From Catajapyx aquilonaris (Eukaryota): a stretch of 64,000 nucleotides of DNA. Below the pieces are notes generated by a model that did no database searches, was not told where the DNA came from, and saw only the letters and a list, made by a program, of their open reading frames with translations. The stretch covers positions 1-64,000 of the forward strand of contig JYFJ02001825.1 of NCBI GenBank assembly GCA_000934665.2. Direction: 5' to 3'. The first letter of the stretch is position 1; every line of letters begins with the position of its first letter. Positions 1 to 19,900 of this stretch are shown here, piece after piece. The position numbers and the translations under genes were made by a program.

Positions 1-99
1 GCATACATTTTCAAAAAATTACATTTTACAGCTGATTTGTTTCTGTATGCCTAGCCCATGGTTGTAGAAGACTCAGGTTAGGTCACTCCCCACCCACCC

Positions 100-400
100 C
101 CTGCCGAGGGGTTTTGCAGTGGGTGCTCACCTGAGACCGCCACGAGACATTTCCCAGAGCATTTATGTGGTGACCCTACCGGACTAAGGCTGAACTTTAC
201 AGGTACGAAAGGGAAGCGCTGGAAGCGCTACATGCTGGCCCAACATGGCCGCCGGCGGCCATGTTGGGCCCCCCAATGTAGCCCTCCCCTTTCGTACCTG
301 TAAAGTTCAGCCTTACTCCGATAGGGTCGCCACATAAATTCTCTGGGAAATGTCTCGTGGCGGTCTCAGGTGAGCACCCACTGCAAAACCCCTCGGCAGG
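100..400. repeat. ~300-bp foldback palindrome (probable MITE) with no central spacer
   Basis: cctgccgaggggttttgcagtgggtgctcacctgagaccgccacgagacatttcccagag (from 100) is the reverse complement of the arm ending at 400; perfect central palindrome ggcccaacatggccgcc|ggcggccatgttgggcc (237-270). Confidence 0.9.
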
Positions 401-884
401 TGATAAGCCCAGAAGATAGGGGTAGTGTCCGTGGGCTGGCCTAGCCTATCCTCCTACACCAAAAGTGACATGCACTAGTATTTGTTCAGCTTCTTGAACT
501 TCGGACTGTAAATCTGACTTGTAAGGAAAACCAGCATTGCATACACATACACATGCATCCTCCCATACACATACACATGGTAATAATTACATACATGTGA
601 CAGCAGTAAAATTATTATTTTTCCTGTGACATGGTTGCAATTTAGGTTATTTTCCGATATATTAAGCTTTATTGTCAATAATTTTTAAAATCCTGCAAGA
701 AATTGCTGTTGACTTTGATCTTGTAATTTCAGCACAGATGTCTTGCTCTCATTTCTGATTCGATTTCTGATTATTTTTTCCCCCTCGGCTTTGGCAGAGT
801 TTAGCCCGGCGGTTCTCAACCAGTGGGGCGCGGGGCAAATCAAAAAATTATGTGACTCGAAACAGGTGCAAAAGTCGCACTGAT

Positions 885-1151
885 TACTCTCCGATTCGCA
901 TAAGTCCGAACCTTTTTGGATATCCATATGCCCGAAAGTAGTGCCCACCATGCCGGACCCTACCTCTCCTCACATCAAAATTATATGCAGCTGCCACATG
1001 GGCTGCCCATGATAATAAGGCATTCGAATTACATGTACCAGCACTGTTTCTTCAAGAAAGCCAGTGATGCCAGGGACTAATTTTGTGGCGGCTCACCCCC
1101 TCGGGCGTATGTATACCCGAAAAGGTTCGGACTTATGCGAATCGGAGAGTA
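885..1151. mobile_element. MITE with terminal inverted repeats
   Basis: tactctccgattcgcataagtccgaacctttt at 885 matches reverse complement of aaaaggttcggacttatgcgaatcggagagta ending 1151; degenerate match extends to ~60 bp. Confidence 0.8.
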
Positions 1152-2361
1152 CGTATGTACAGTACTTCTGTACATTCCTACACTACCAGTCCCACATGAT
1201 AATGACAGGCTTCTACATATTTCCTGAATCTACTTAAAGAGCTGAGTCGGACGACACTATTCTTAATAATCTGATTGGCCTGCCACTTTTTTAATTACCA
1301 CGATGACTCCATCATGCAACAAAAGGAGTAGGCCTACATACAGTGTGAACAAAGGAACACTTTATTTTCATTTATTACTTACTCTTAAAAAATTCAGTAA
1401 CTTTTGAATTAAACATTTAGGCGCCCTAAGAATAGCATCACTAGACAAAGCTCATTTAAGTAGATTCTGGAAACATAGAAACCTATTATTTTCATTTGGG
1501 ACTAACGGCACTATTACGTGTGTCTCCCCCCCCNGAGAAAAAATTACACTCCACAATATGGGGATCAATTCTGGAAAGCAACTATATTGCCATGCATTTC
1601 CTGAAGTTGACACACTGATGAGAGAAAAAAATTGAATTTTTGGCCCTGGCACATAAGTTATCCCTTTTTTAGTGCCCTCATTGCAGTGCAGTGGTTTGTT
1701 TGGCTGTTGCTATAGGAACTTATTGAAACCTCCTTAGATATGGTTAAAATAGTAAGATACCGTTTTAGTCAGTGGACAGCTGAGAATGCACTACTGGGAA
1801 ATGTGGACCTTGAGGTACCAGTTGGCATTAGTGACATTTATGAAAGAATATAATTAACCGGTTTCATATGGAAGTACAGCATACCTTAGCATTTCAAAGG
1901 AACAAGTAGGTACCTGACTAATATTCTCATTGCCAGTGGAATGTTTTTAATGAAGGATTTTTTGCTTCCAATGATGTGCTTGACTCAAGGTCTGACTACA
2001 ACTTGGGAGGGTACAAGGGAAGGGAGAGGCCTGGAGATGCCCTCATGCAACAAAGGGAGTAAACATCATCAGTCCTTTGTCCACAACTCAAAATGGAGAT
2101 AGCAAGGGATACAGGCAGGCTAAAAGTGGGATGGTTCCAGCAGCATATTCCAGCATGACTGTCAACTACAAAATGGCAACCCTAATATATTGCACTCTTA
2201 TTGGTTGTGCATTGTACCACCCCATTTGAAGGGATATATCATCACATTGTGCATACACTATTGTGCATTATCAGTTCCAGAAAAATGAGTCACAGTTTTT
2301 GCTTAGATCCCAGATAGATCCCCAACAGTGGACTATGGATGGGAAGATTGCAAATTGCCAA

Positions 2362-2699
2362 GGGAGGCGAAGTGGCGCTGCGGTAACGTATGCGCCCGCG
2401 GATGTTAAGGTCCCGGGTTCAATCCCAACCCGGGGTTCCCCCCTTCATCTCGCGCAGAGTGAGACCGTCTCTGGCTTCGTTTCGGGTGGCGATCCTTTCA
2501 CATATGCCACCCGGGGGAGTTCACAAAACGGCACATCAACGACATTGCACACGCACTTTGCACATCCCCTCCTACCTACCCTTGGAACACACTCAATACT
2601 ATCTTAGTATACCGGTTCCACCCAAATGGTGGTATTCCACCCCCCTAAAGGAAATGTAACTCCCGATGGGGTAATGCAAAAAAAAAAAAAAAAAAAAAA
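2362..2699 (+). mobile_element. tRNA-derived SINE with poly(A) tail
   Basis: A-box-like tggcgctgcgg, B box ggttcaatccc, terminal A-run ending 2699, 13-bp target-site duplication tgcaaattgccaa at 2349-2361 and 2700-2712. Confidence 0.9.
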
Positions 2700-3189
2700 T
2701 GCAAATTGCCAATGGTTTCCAATATGAAATGATCACAGAAAAGCACGAGCATCATTGGCGAACTTTTATTTCATATTTTATGATCATGACACAAAATGTT
2801 CAATTTCTTTACCTGCCTATTGTTCAAGAGAAGTAATATTTAATAAAATAAATAGTTTGAATTTTGTTGGGCTACCCTATATTGGGTAGTACATGAAGAT
2901 TAGGAGGTGAGACAGGCTAACCTCACCTACAACCTACATTGCTATGATCATAAATTATAGACATGTTACGAGACCAATGTCCCAGCAATCCAGGGTGATT
3001 CGCAACATGTCCTTTTGAGGAGTCCATTGGAAACACCTGCACGCATCCTAAATTTCAATTACGCTGCCATTTTCTACCACAGCATTGCCTTTCTGGCATT
3101 ATCTCCAGATTAGGACTATGTGACATATCAGTCATTTTCCAAATATGACATGCATATATTGGTTTTGGGCGCAAAATCATTTTGCTGTA

Positions 3190-3345
3190 CAGTGTTGGAC
3201 ATTAATCACGTTGTACTGCTAGCGACATTTTCCGAAGCGGCAGAAGAACGAATCGAAGCAATGGATAGTGCCGCCGTGTGAGCAAGATTCGTTGCCGCTT
3301 CAGAAAGTGTCGCTAGCAGTACGACTCGATTAATGTCCAACACTG
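3190..3345. mobile_element. Tc1/mariner-type MITE (156 bp)
   Basis: TA-cagtgttggacattaatc...gattaatgtccaacactg-TA; inverted arms extend ~60 bp (tactgctagcgaca/tgtcgctagcagta). Confidence 0.85.
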
Positions 3346-3570
3346 TACAGTACTCGACAGTACTGGGATAGAAGTGTATGCCGTACTGTGAGCGAACCCC
3401 CGAGCAAGGGGGTAACCCCTCCCCAAAATAGTGTCCACAAGTTCTTGGAACCGCCCGGTTCACACCAGTTCCAAGAAGTGGTTACCCCCTTGCGCTCGAG
3501 TAAACAAGTATCTGTTGCACAAGTGTCGTCTCAGGGGACAAGTTGAAACAGCAGGCATCTCGTAACTCAC

Positions 3571-4330
3571 CTGTAAAACCTGGTAAAAATTCATGTACTG
3601 CCCAAATGAATAAACGTTGCCTGTAAAAATTTCCACCGCCATAAAGAGCAGCCAACTGCAATGTTCCAATGACGTATCCCTGCAAGTAAACAAACTAGAC
3701 GAGTGCCAGGCAGGCGGGCAATACTCACGTAGCAGAACAAGCGGAGTCTCCTCTTCCGACCTGCGACCTCCGTCCGTCGACTGCCAGTCACGGGACTGTC
3801 CACTCTACTGTCTGTGTGGCTGGCGACGATGGCAATGGCAATAAAAGAATAAGCGAGTCCTCTTCTCGACCAATCGTGGACCAGGAAGTGGATCCGAGGG
3901 GAATTTGCGGGCTGCTGTCGAAGTTATGGTGACGCACAATCATGTTTCATGCCTTTCATCATGGGCTTCTGATCGGGGAGGTTAAGTTGGGTTTTGCGTG
4001 TTTCACCTGCACGGTGGAATTACACACTTCTTGTCACCTTCTCTGGCTCGCCTGCTTGCGTCTTTCGGAAGGGATTGATTTCAACGGGAGGGAGAGAAGG
4101 TCGCATCCGAATAGAGCATGGAATTTGTGGCGGGGGGATTTCCCTCGAGGTGGGATTCACTTTCACCTCTGCCCCGCTGACCTACCATGACCTACTGCAC
4201 TGTCATAACAAAAATTAATCGTTTTACAGACGACTCATTCAGATAAATGTTCATGATTATTATTTAGCACGACAGCATCGTTTTGGGCCCGGGTAAAGCG
4301 ACGGGGAAAATGTGTTGGCTTTCGCACCGA
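3571..4330 (-). other. CpG-rich region with candidate 5' exons of a minus-strand transcript continuing leftwards
   Basis: Minus-strand donor gtgagt at 3728, acceptor tttttacag at 3621, 50-nt exon 3571-3620 followed by donor gtgagt at 3570. No downstream coding exons identified. Confidence 0.3.
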
Positions 4331-6515
4331 AATTTGGGGGCAAACTAGCCTTAATAATCCTTATTAACCTCATCAGAGTTTGTCCATATGTTTGTTCCAC
4401 CTCCCTAACCCACTTGCATACCTCTAAGAGAGCTGAAACTGGGGAGTGGGGTACACTCATGTCTTGTGATTCCGGGAAAAAATGCCTTGGCTTTGAAGAT
4501 ATTGGTGAGGAAAGGGAACTACAATATTTCTGGTTGGAAAATGAAGAGACGGGTTGCAGGGGGGCCAAGAATATTGTGACTCATAATTCGTAAAGGTGCC
4601 TTGCCTTCAAGTTTAGTCAAGAAAAAGAAGCTCCAAGGGAACGCAGAAGCTGACATCTCTAGAGTCTGAATCGACCAGCCCAAGATACAGGAGAGGAGAA
4701 AATAATCAGCCAGCCTTCCCACCAACACACAGAAAAGGAGAACAATGGTAGTGAGTCTGATTGCATTGTGTAAGTGACTTGAGGGTTGCTGCCTAGTAGG
4801 TGTCTCCACCGATGGCAATATATATGTTGTGCTGTGACTTTTGTGTGCGCCCTTGTCCTTATAGTGTTTCGACCAACATAATTATATGAGTCCCGAGTAC
4901 TATAATATTTTAATTGCTGAAATAGAAGTTATATTACCTTTTTTTTACTTTCATGTGTGAGGGATGACCTTTCAAAATGACCCTCATGACTCCTCAGGGT
5001 CGCTGTCCAAGGACACACTGGTTGCAGGCAACCTGTTTATTCAAATAATTATAGCCTCAACAGAGTTTGAATCAAGATCAGTTCTGGCAGGTCCAGTGCC
5101 ATGTCCTGTCATAAGATTTGGCAGGATGCCTACTTAAATTTTTTGATAGTTTATACTTGAAAATTTGATGTGCGTAAAATTTATGTAATCACAAAGGAAG
5201 TAATTAATTACTCACCTCACTCGGACTGCATTTGCACCTCTTTCACCACTGCTTTGATTTCATCTTTTGTAACTAAACTAACTATACACAATGTGTCCGA
5301 GTCATGTGGCATAGTAGTTACTATTCTTACTACCCAGTGTAATCGATTTTTTATGGTAGCAATTGTGTCATTCAAAAATGTCGTGTTAACCTTAACGTGG
5401 AGTTGTAGAGAGACATACACGAATTTTTTTTCAAGGAGCATGACTAATGTGCAACTGTGGTATTGAATGTCAGTATGCTGTAACTGTAATAATCTCTCCT
5501 TGATTACAAGCAGTAACACTGGTAAATTACCAGTCCGAGTGGTAATACATTGGTTGTTCTGGGCAAATTGCAGTGGATCAACAATGACATCAACTCTGAC
5601 ACACTTTGATATAATTATGATCAGAATATATTAAAATATGTAACGTTTATTGTGACTGAAGACAAGCTATCTTAGCATGATCAATCATCACAAATGAGAT
5701 AAGCTTCACAAATGAGATAAGCTTCTGAATTTTTATGAAGCCCGACAACATATCAAAGAAAATGATTGGCCAGTCTTTTGCAGAATGACACAGGATGGCA
5801 GGATAGATATGATCGTATACAATTAATACCTCTGCTTCTCATTTTCATGAAAAATTAATTTTGTCAATATATTTCCTGACACTGAAGTTGTTTAACTGAG
5901 TAGTCTGTAATATGCTATGAAATGCTGAGGAATACAGAGGATGTTTCGCAAAAATTCTGACTTATACCTGCGGTTGTAGGCTACGTGGGCATCTGAGGAT
6001 CATTTTATGTAGGAGTGTAATTTGATCTCCAAAGTTTCGTTTCTTACTGAGACAATGGGCATTACCAAACGAATTGTGCAATGTACTGAGCCATTTTACT
6101 CTGAGACAACAACATTGTGCATCCAATAAGTGTATTGGGGCGGGGAGGGGGGGGGGGGTGATGGGAAACCAAAAATTTTACTAGCATAAGATAAACCAAT
6201 GTTTATTATTAATATACAGTACCATTAATAATTGCAAGTGATCCTATTCTTTGTACTTTTAAAAATTGTAATCATGACATACTCGTATATGCAGTGTTTT
6301 ATAATTTGGCTTACAATCAAAGCTTCTATTGCTATCTGGAGTAGTAGTCTGAAAAGTCTATGGTACAATGTTCTTGATTCCTTTATGTTTACTGATTACA
6401 ATTTCCAGCCTTCTAGTATTTAAATTATGGTCGTTAACTATTTTCCCCCAGGCTGCGATCTTCCAGTGTTAGTTCGTTGAGTCATTGAGTCCCGATATTT
6501 CCTTCTAGTGCAGTG

Positions 6516-9829
<3,314 letters not shown>

Positions 9830-9892
9830 TTAACCTGTCATAAATAATGTTGATGCTCCAGTTGCGACACAGATTGCTGATATTCAGAAATC

Positions 9893-10097
9893 TTTATATC
9901 TACTCAGAGAAAGGCGTCAACAGCATCAGGATATGTGAATCCAGGACGGGATTTATCATAATGATAATGTGGCTTGAAAAATCCTGTTGATTGCAAAGGC
10001 AATTGTTATCAGGTCATGAAACTGCTGCATGAAACTATGACGTTTTGTAAATTACAGACGATTTTCTAAGTTGCCTCATAGTCAAGGATAATGATAA
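9893..10097 (-). promoter_or_regulatory. TATA box and GATA-site cluster upstream of downstream amylase
   Basis: TATAAA on minus strand at 9893-9898; GATAA sites at 9953, 9962, 10006, 10086, 10092. GATA sites are typical of gut-enzyme promoters; function is inferred. Confidence 0.5.
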
Positions 10098-10566
10098 ATG
10101 CATTCCTGATTCCTTCACATTGTGGCAAATGTAAATGTTCCTACATTTAAATTACTATTCGCAGAGAAGTGTAATGACGGCAAGCACTGATCTGCATATA
10201 AAATCTTTATGATATGATCATAACACCTGCTTTTCTCATACCGTGCCAGGCATTTAGCATTTGGGGTCATATGGAAACACGTATATTACGAGTAGTTCAG
10301 ATTCCATCTGTGTCCAGTGCAAACTCAATTTTAGTGTAAATAACTGCAACTGTCAGGGCAGGTAAATATTGAATCACACGCAAGGGTGCTAAGAAAATAA
10401 ACTGAAGAATAATATTTGATCTTCCGTCTATTCTGAAAGGGAGACACATAATAACCTACAACAAATTACATCCACGCAGAAGTTTTCACATGTTCAGTTT
10501 TATTGTTTGATGATATTATTCATGTTGATAATGTGGACGAAATGTTCCTATCTTCTGGATGTCACA

Positions 10567-14225
<3,659 letters not shown>

Positions 14226-14676
14226 TCATGTAGTATATCTATTATTATTGGCTCAGGATTTGTCGCAACAATTCATGCATATGATTGACGTCACTGTTCT
14301 TGCAGCAGAGATTTCACACGTTTGGAAAATACTGTAGGCCTACTGTATTACCAAACAAAGCATTTTAAATAATCCTTACAACAACTAACTCGAAGGTTCC
14401 GTGTATGTGTCGACATGTGAGTCCACACAAACGCAAGGGAATCTCGTTTTCTTTCACACCATTTTTGCAAACACAAAAAACGTATTTGAGAAAGGCAACA
14501 ATCTTAACTTTTGAACTCTTATTAACTAACTAAGTAGTACAAACTTATTATTATTACCGGTACTATAATCGCGATAATAAGTTATGGAATGTCCCTGGTT
14601 GCATTTTGCTCTTGACATTATTGAAGAATTTGCAATGAATCTTATTAATCCCATATGTGGCCTTTAAAAATACATT

Positions 14677-14880
14677 CTGTAACTGGAAAAGTCCTGCCGG
14701 AATGCGCTTTATAAATTGACGAAGGACTCGGGAGTAAACAATGGTAAGGGTATGGGTTTTACATATCCCTTAGAGTGCTTAGACCATTGTTTACTCCCGA
14801 GCCCTTCAATTGGCCATTGACCTAAATCTTGACATTACATTTCGTATACAGCCGGTACTGCAGACTTTTCAATTACGGTA
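14677..14880. mobile_element. Degenerate MITE with internal hairpin
   Basis: Terminal ctgtaactggaaaagtc / gacttttcaattacgg; internal ~25-bp inverted repeat gaaggactcgggagtaaacaatggt / accattgtttactcccgagcccttc. Confidence 0.65.
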
Positions 14881-15612
14881 TTTACTTTTGCTTCAGGCTC
14901 AGGACTTTTTAATCCATCATTAGGCATATAATGTAACTAAACTCATCCTTTGTGTACAGGCTACATAGGCCTACTGTAGGCCTATGCGCATGCTTTTATT
15001 AGTAGCCTACATTTGGTATTTTTTACACGATTTGTGCGATTTCATTTGACTCCACCATGTGCTTGGGAACATCGGGCAAGAAAACCAATCATTAGAGTTA
15101 TAGTGTCGATGTTGTGCATCGGGTAAGCGGACAAGGCGTCTTTGGACAAAAATTTTCTGACGAAATGTGACTTCAGACTAAGAAGTAGGCCTACATAATT
15201 ATTTAGGCGAGCATTCCGCTGGGCTGAATGTCGTTGGATGCAATAAACGAGATGTGCTTGGATGAACGTCAAGAGAGGATAGGAAAATGTCATGAATTTA
15301 AAAACGGCGGTAAAATAAGAGGATGCTGAGAGGTTGATTTTGTGCCACTCTTACCAAAGTTAATACAAAGTGACGTACCATGTACTGTACAGTACTACAG
15401 TATGAGTTAGTATGAATACATCGTATGTCACCTGTATAGCTAAACTCACAATAACAGGGAAATGCCGTTTCCAACGAGATGTAAAATGCAAGCAAGGTTG
15501 TAATAACAACAGTGTCACTCATTTGACCACAAACGGTGAGACGAAATTGACATGTAGGTCACATTATAATTTATAAAACACTTTATATGCAATAACTATT
15601 ATTGAATCTGTT

Positions 15613-16198
15613 ATGACAGGAAACACTATGGAGCGTGATGAGGGTGAATTTGGATGGACTGTGAAAGATATATCCGATGTGGACATTTCAATCGTTTTAC
15701 AAAAATACAAAAGTAAGTGCTGGAAAAAAAATTATGCACTTCATTATGTACCAGTCATATTGCAGTCTTTTTTAGTCGGAGCGTAATATGTTTGAAGCTT
15801 AATAATTATTTTGAAACTACATAACAGTGATAGGATGGTGTGATGAGTCACAAAGTGTTCAACGGATGAACACAGCAGAGGCGCAAGGTGATTCTCAAGA
15901 CGTGGAAAACGCCATTAATCTTCTTGAAAGCAAAGACCCTGCACTCCGCCAGGTTTATTGCAAATTGACTCACCTAAGGGCTGAGCAAAATGAACTCCGC
16001 GGAATGGTTAAGGATATCTCTGCATCCCTGACTGAAGATGAGGTGAAACTGGCCCAACTAAGTAGCAAAGCAAGGAGAATGGAAGTGGATCTGGCCGAGA
16101 CAAGATCTCTGGATAAGTTGCTGTTGGTGCTGGAAGGCCAGTTGGATCGACTTGCCTTGCGCAATTGGCCCCTCAAATATTTGGGGACACCAGAGTAA
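15613..16198 (+). CDS. Unrecognised coiled-coil protein, ~156 aa, two exons
   Basis: Exons 15613-15712 (donor gtaagt, phase 1) and 15828-16198 (acceptor taacag) join in frame; heptad-like Leu-rich C-terminal half; AATAAA at 16277. Confidence 0.65.
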
Positions 16199-16389
16199 AA
16201 GAAAGGAGCTACTCTGATTCTGGAAACCTCACGCTCACAGTTTAAAAAAAAAACTATTTTGTGCTAAATAAGCACCAATAAATACACAGTGCAACATCCA
16301 TGCTCCAATTCAAATGTCATAACAGTTAGCTATATTATAATTTAAAATAAGAACAGCTACATTTACAGTAGCAGCTAATGCTTCAAGTG

Positions 16390-16590
16390 CGACGGCTATT
16401 TTCGGCCCCTCCTCCTCCGCCGTCCATCTTGGGTTTGTGGCTTGGGGACGGTCTTTGTTCCGGTCGCGATTCTGGTCTTCTAAAAGTCTTTTCTTGTCCC
16501 TGGTCTCTTGAGCCTGCTTCTACGAGAGGGAAGAAAGGTAAGGCACTGGACTGAGGGAACAAGGCGCAGGGCGTCAAGGAAAATGGGAGT
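16390..16590 (+). promoter_or_regulatory. CpG-rich promoter/first exon of DHX9
   Basis: Locally GC/CpG-rich, ends in donor ggga|gtaagt at 16589, upstream of the acceptor at 16938. Confidence 0.55.
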
Positions 16591-16947
16591 AAGTACTGAT
16601 GGACGTGTGGGAGGCGAGAAGCCGGCTAATATTCGCGGGGGAATGGGATTGATTAATCGTGGTTGCTCGAAAAGGAGGAAAAGTGTGAGTGAATGCCCAC
16701 TCGATGTGAAGAGTTAGATTAACTGCACGAAGGGGTTGGTTGCTTCATTCTGTAGCTTGTATAACTGCATTCTTTAAGTATGGTAGTTGATAATAATTAC
16801 ACCAGTGTCAAATTTACGTATTCTCTGTGCAGAGCGAGTTATTTTTCACAATATCTTTGCAAGAAATTATGAAATGCTTTATGATTGTGAAATGAGAGAA
16901 GTGGAAGTGCTTTAATTTTTCTTATTTGATCATTTTAGGCTGAAGAC

Positions 16948-19900
16948 ATGGGAGATCAGGTGAAAGCCATTCTCTACGCTTGGTGTGGGAAGAAGAAAGT
17001 GGCACCTCAGTACGACATCAGACCAACTGGTAGGTGTGCAATTGCTTGCACATGATGTTTATACTGAGCTTTGAACAAATGTGCAATTGGGCATGTCTTT
17101 ATGTTTCTAGGACCGAAGCACAGGCAGCGCTTCCTATGCGAAGTCAAAGTGGAGGGATTTGACTATGTAGGTGCTGGAAACTCCACCAACAAAAAGGATG
17201 CTCAGTCCAATGCAGCGAGGGATTTCCTGCAGTACCTCACCAGGCAGGGACTTATCGAGGCTTCAGAAATGCCCAGCGAGGTAAGCCCAGACATTTGAAG
17301 CTGATGTTATTGAGTAATAGTAATTATCTAGTTTAGGTAGGTGCAACGTACAGCTTTCTGGTGGTGCCTACTGTTCAAGTAAGTGCATAGGGACCTAGTG
17401 CTGACTTTCCCCTAGTGGTGGAAAAGCAATTTGAGCTCAAACAACCATGTAGAACAGAAGTTACAGACATTTTAACCTTACGCGCAGCAACCCATTTTCC
17501 AATTTCGCTTTGCGACTGCCATGTTGTATACCAATGGTAGCACACTGAAGAATACTATTGCTGGTTAGGTGAGTTCCCTGGCAATACGCTACTGTATATT
17601 CTAACGATACAGTTCCGTAGATTCCACATACAGTAAAACTTCTATAAGTCGAATCTCCATGGGACCGGAAAAAAACTTCGAGATATAGAAGATTCGAGTT
17701 AGAGAAGTTTGGATTTTTTTTAAAGCACATAACTCTATAAGGAAGCCTACCTTTATATCCAGCAACGAAAGGTGTTCATAACTTGAAAATAACTGTCACT
17801 ATCACACTTACAATGTTTCACGTTGTTTTGTTGTGAAAAAGGACTCCGTGATGGACATTTGCCTACTCTTAGATCCAAGGATTCAATTGTCACAATAGAG
17901 TCAAATACTTCTTTGGCTACGTCTGGTAGACGGAGATCAGGAAATTGAGCCTTTCTGTACATGTGGCCTACTCTCGACCCTTCAGCTGGGAAATGAGAAA
18001 ATTTTCCGTACTTGCCAACATGAACTTAGACTTAGAGAGACTGAAAATGTATACCCGAGGTTCTAAGTTATACTGAGGCCGGTGCAACTGGCCCTAAGAG
18101 AGTAGGTAAAAGTATACCTATTATGCTACACAGTTATTCAGTACAGGAAACTGAACGGCCTACCTTGGTACCTTAGCATGAACCTCCCTCCAAGTTCTCT
18201 CTATATTTTGGGTGTACGATGGCCATAGGAAAGAAGTCGAAACTTGTCAAGAAACACCCCGCGCACTCTTGCACTTCAGATCTTCCGTTTTGAAATGTCA
18301 TGGAGATGGTATTGAGTATCGACAGGTGCAACCATTGGTATAAAGAGATGGCTGCAGTGAGGAGCAATGGAATGTGTATACGTCACGTTAATATGTCTGT
18401 ATCTTCAGTTCTACACGGTTGTTTGCGCTCAAATTGCTTTTCTGCCACTCGGGAAAGTCAGCACTAGGTCCCTATGCACTTATGTTAGTTGAACAGTAAG
18501 TTCCACGAGAACGCTGTATGTTGCGCCCACCTAAGCTAGATAATTACCCGTGGTTGTTGTGGCATGATGGGGCATATATGTACTTATAATTATGTAATAA
18601 ATGCCTGCATTGAACATGGAGGAGGTAATGTTACAGGAGCATAGAAAAGGGAGAATAGGTCAGAAGTGGAAGAAGTAGTAATTTTCGAATTCATTATTAC
18701 TATTTAGCTTTAAAAATACTGGAAGTATCAAATCAGACCTGTGATGGCTCAAGTTAAAACCCCGTACAGTGATCCACATCTGGGGATGGGGGATTTGCTA
18801 AGCACATGCGAAAAGAGAGGGAGTAGCAGGGGGTTGGTAGTGCTATAAAATTGTCTGAACTTTTCCAAGGTATTAATATATTATTTGTTTTACACAGGTG
18901 AATGAAGGTGGAAGTGGAGGAGCTGTAGGTGATGGCTTTGATGAATCTGGGTCGTCTTCAAGGCCTCCCAACTTGGGCCTGACACGTCCAGTGTTCCAGC
19001 CTGGAATGGGTCCAGACACCTTCGGAGAGGCATATCGCCCCTACAGTGAGGGAGGGCATGGCCCTCAAACTGTCTACGAGAGATTGGCTGATCAGCAGAA
19101 AGTTGAAGAGGTACAGTTAGGAAAGGCAACGAGGTTGTGCCAGTAAATTCTTTAACGCTATACCTCCTGCGCCCTGTAACTCGGTCAGAAAATGACCGTT
19201 TTAGAAAGTGGAATACCTCAGTACTGGGTAGGAATTAGAGAACGAAATTTTACCCGGACACTCACGAAGTATTCAAGAATCCTATAGATCCAACATATAC
19301 CTGCAGAATCCATTTTTACTCGACTTATATGCATATGACTAACTTCTTGGTACAACAAAGGACTCCCATATTGGACAATCTTGTAGAATTTTCAATTAAA
19401 TTGTATTTTATCCCATCTATTCCATTAAAAATATTTCGTATTTATGAACAAATTCTAATTTTAATCAATGCGTAAATCATTGCTTACACGCAAGAGGCGG
19501 AACTGGGATGGTACTTCGCAGGCCAGGGTGGGGGTCAGGAGGGGGCGAAGGGTTGAGAACATGTTTTCCTATTGAAAGGGTATGGTTTTGACCGCACTTC
19601 ATGTCCTCAGGTGGTGGGGATGGACTTGTTTTGGGTTTCGGGAGCCCATAGGTCGAGAGGTGTGGCGGGGCCCCATCGGCCAGTTTTCACGTGTACTGTG
19701 ATGTCATTGCGCTGTTCAGCAAGTGTTCGTCGGGGCCTCTCAGGGTCACTTAAAGAGATTTAGATTTTTTAACATTGTTCCAGTTCCAGTTTTATGATGA
19801 AAATTGTTTACAACTTAGAGGATGATAATAATGGATACCCCGTGATAAGCCTCCTTGGGCTTTTTAGGGGATCATCTTTTTAATTAACCGTCTTTAATCA

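Noticed and set aside
1534..1534. Ambiguous base N
   Set aside because: Single uncalled base after a C-run; sequencing issue.
2362..2440. tRNA gene (also 38680 and 44976)
   Set aside because: A/B boxes are present, but I could not build a proper acceptor stem; body, tail and TSD indicate SINEs.
3571..3594. MNFYQVLQ resembling the start of a J-domain protein
   Set aside because: No downstream HPD-containing exon found in 1-3570; eight residues are insufficient.
5208..5547. Possible MITE with cactcggactg/cagtccgagtg ends and overlapping ORFs
   Set aside because: Only ~11 bp of clean inverted match; ORFs have no recognisable content.
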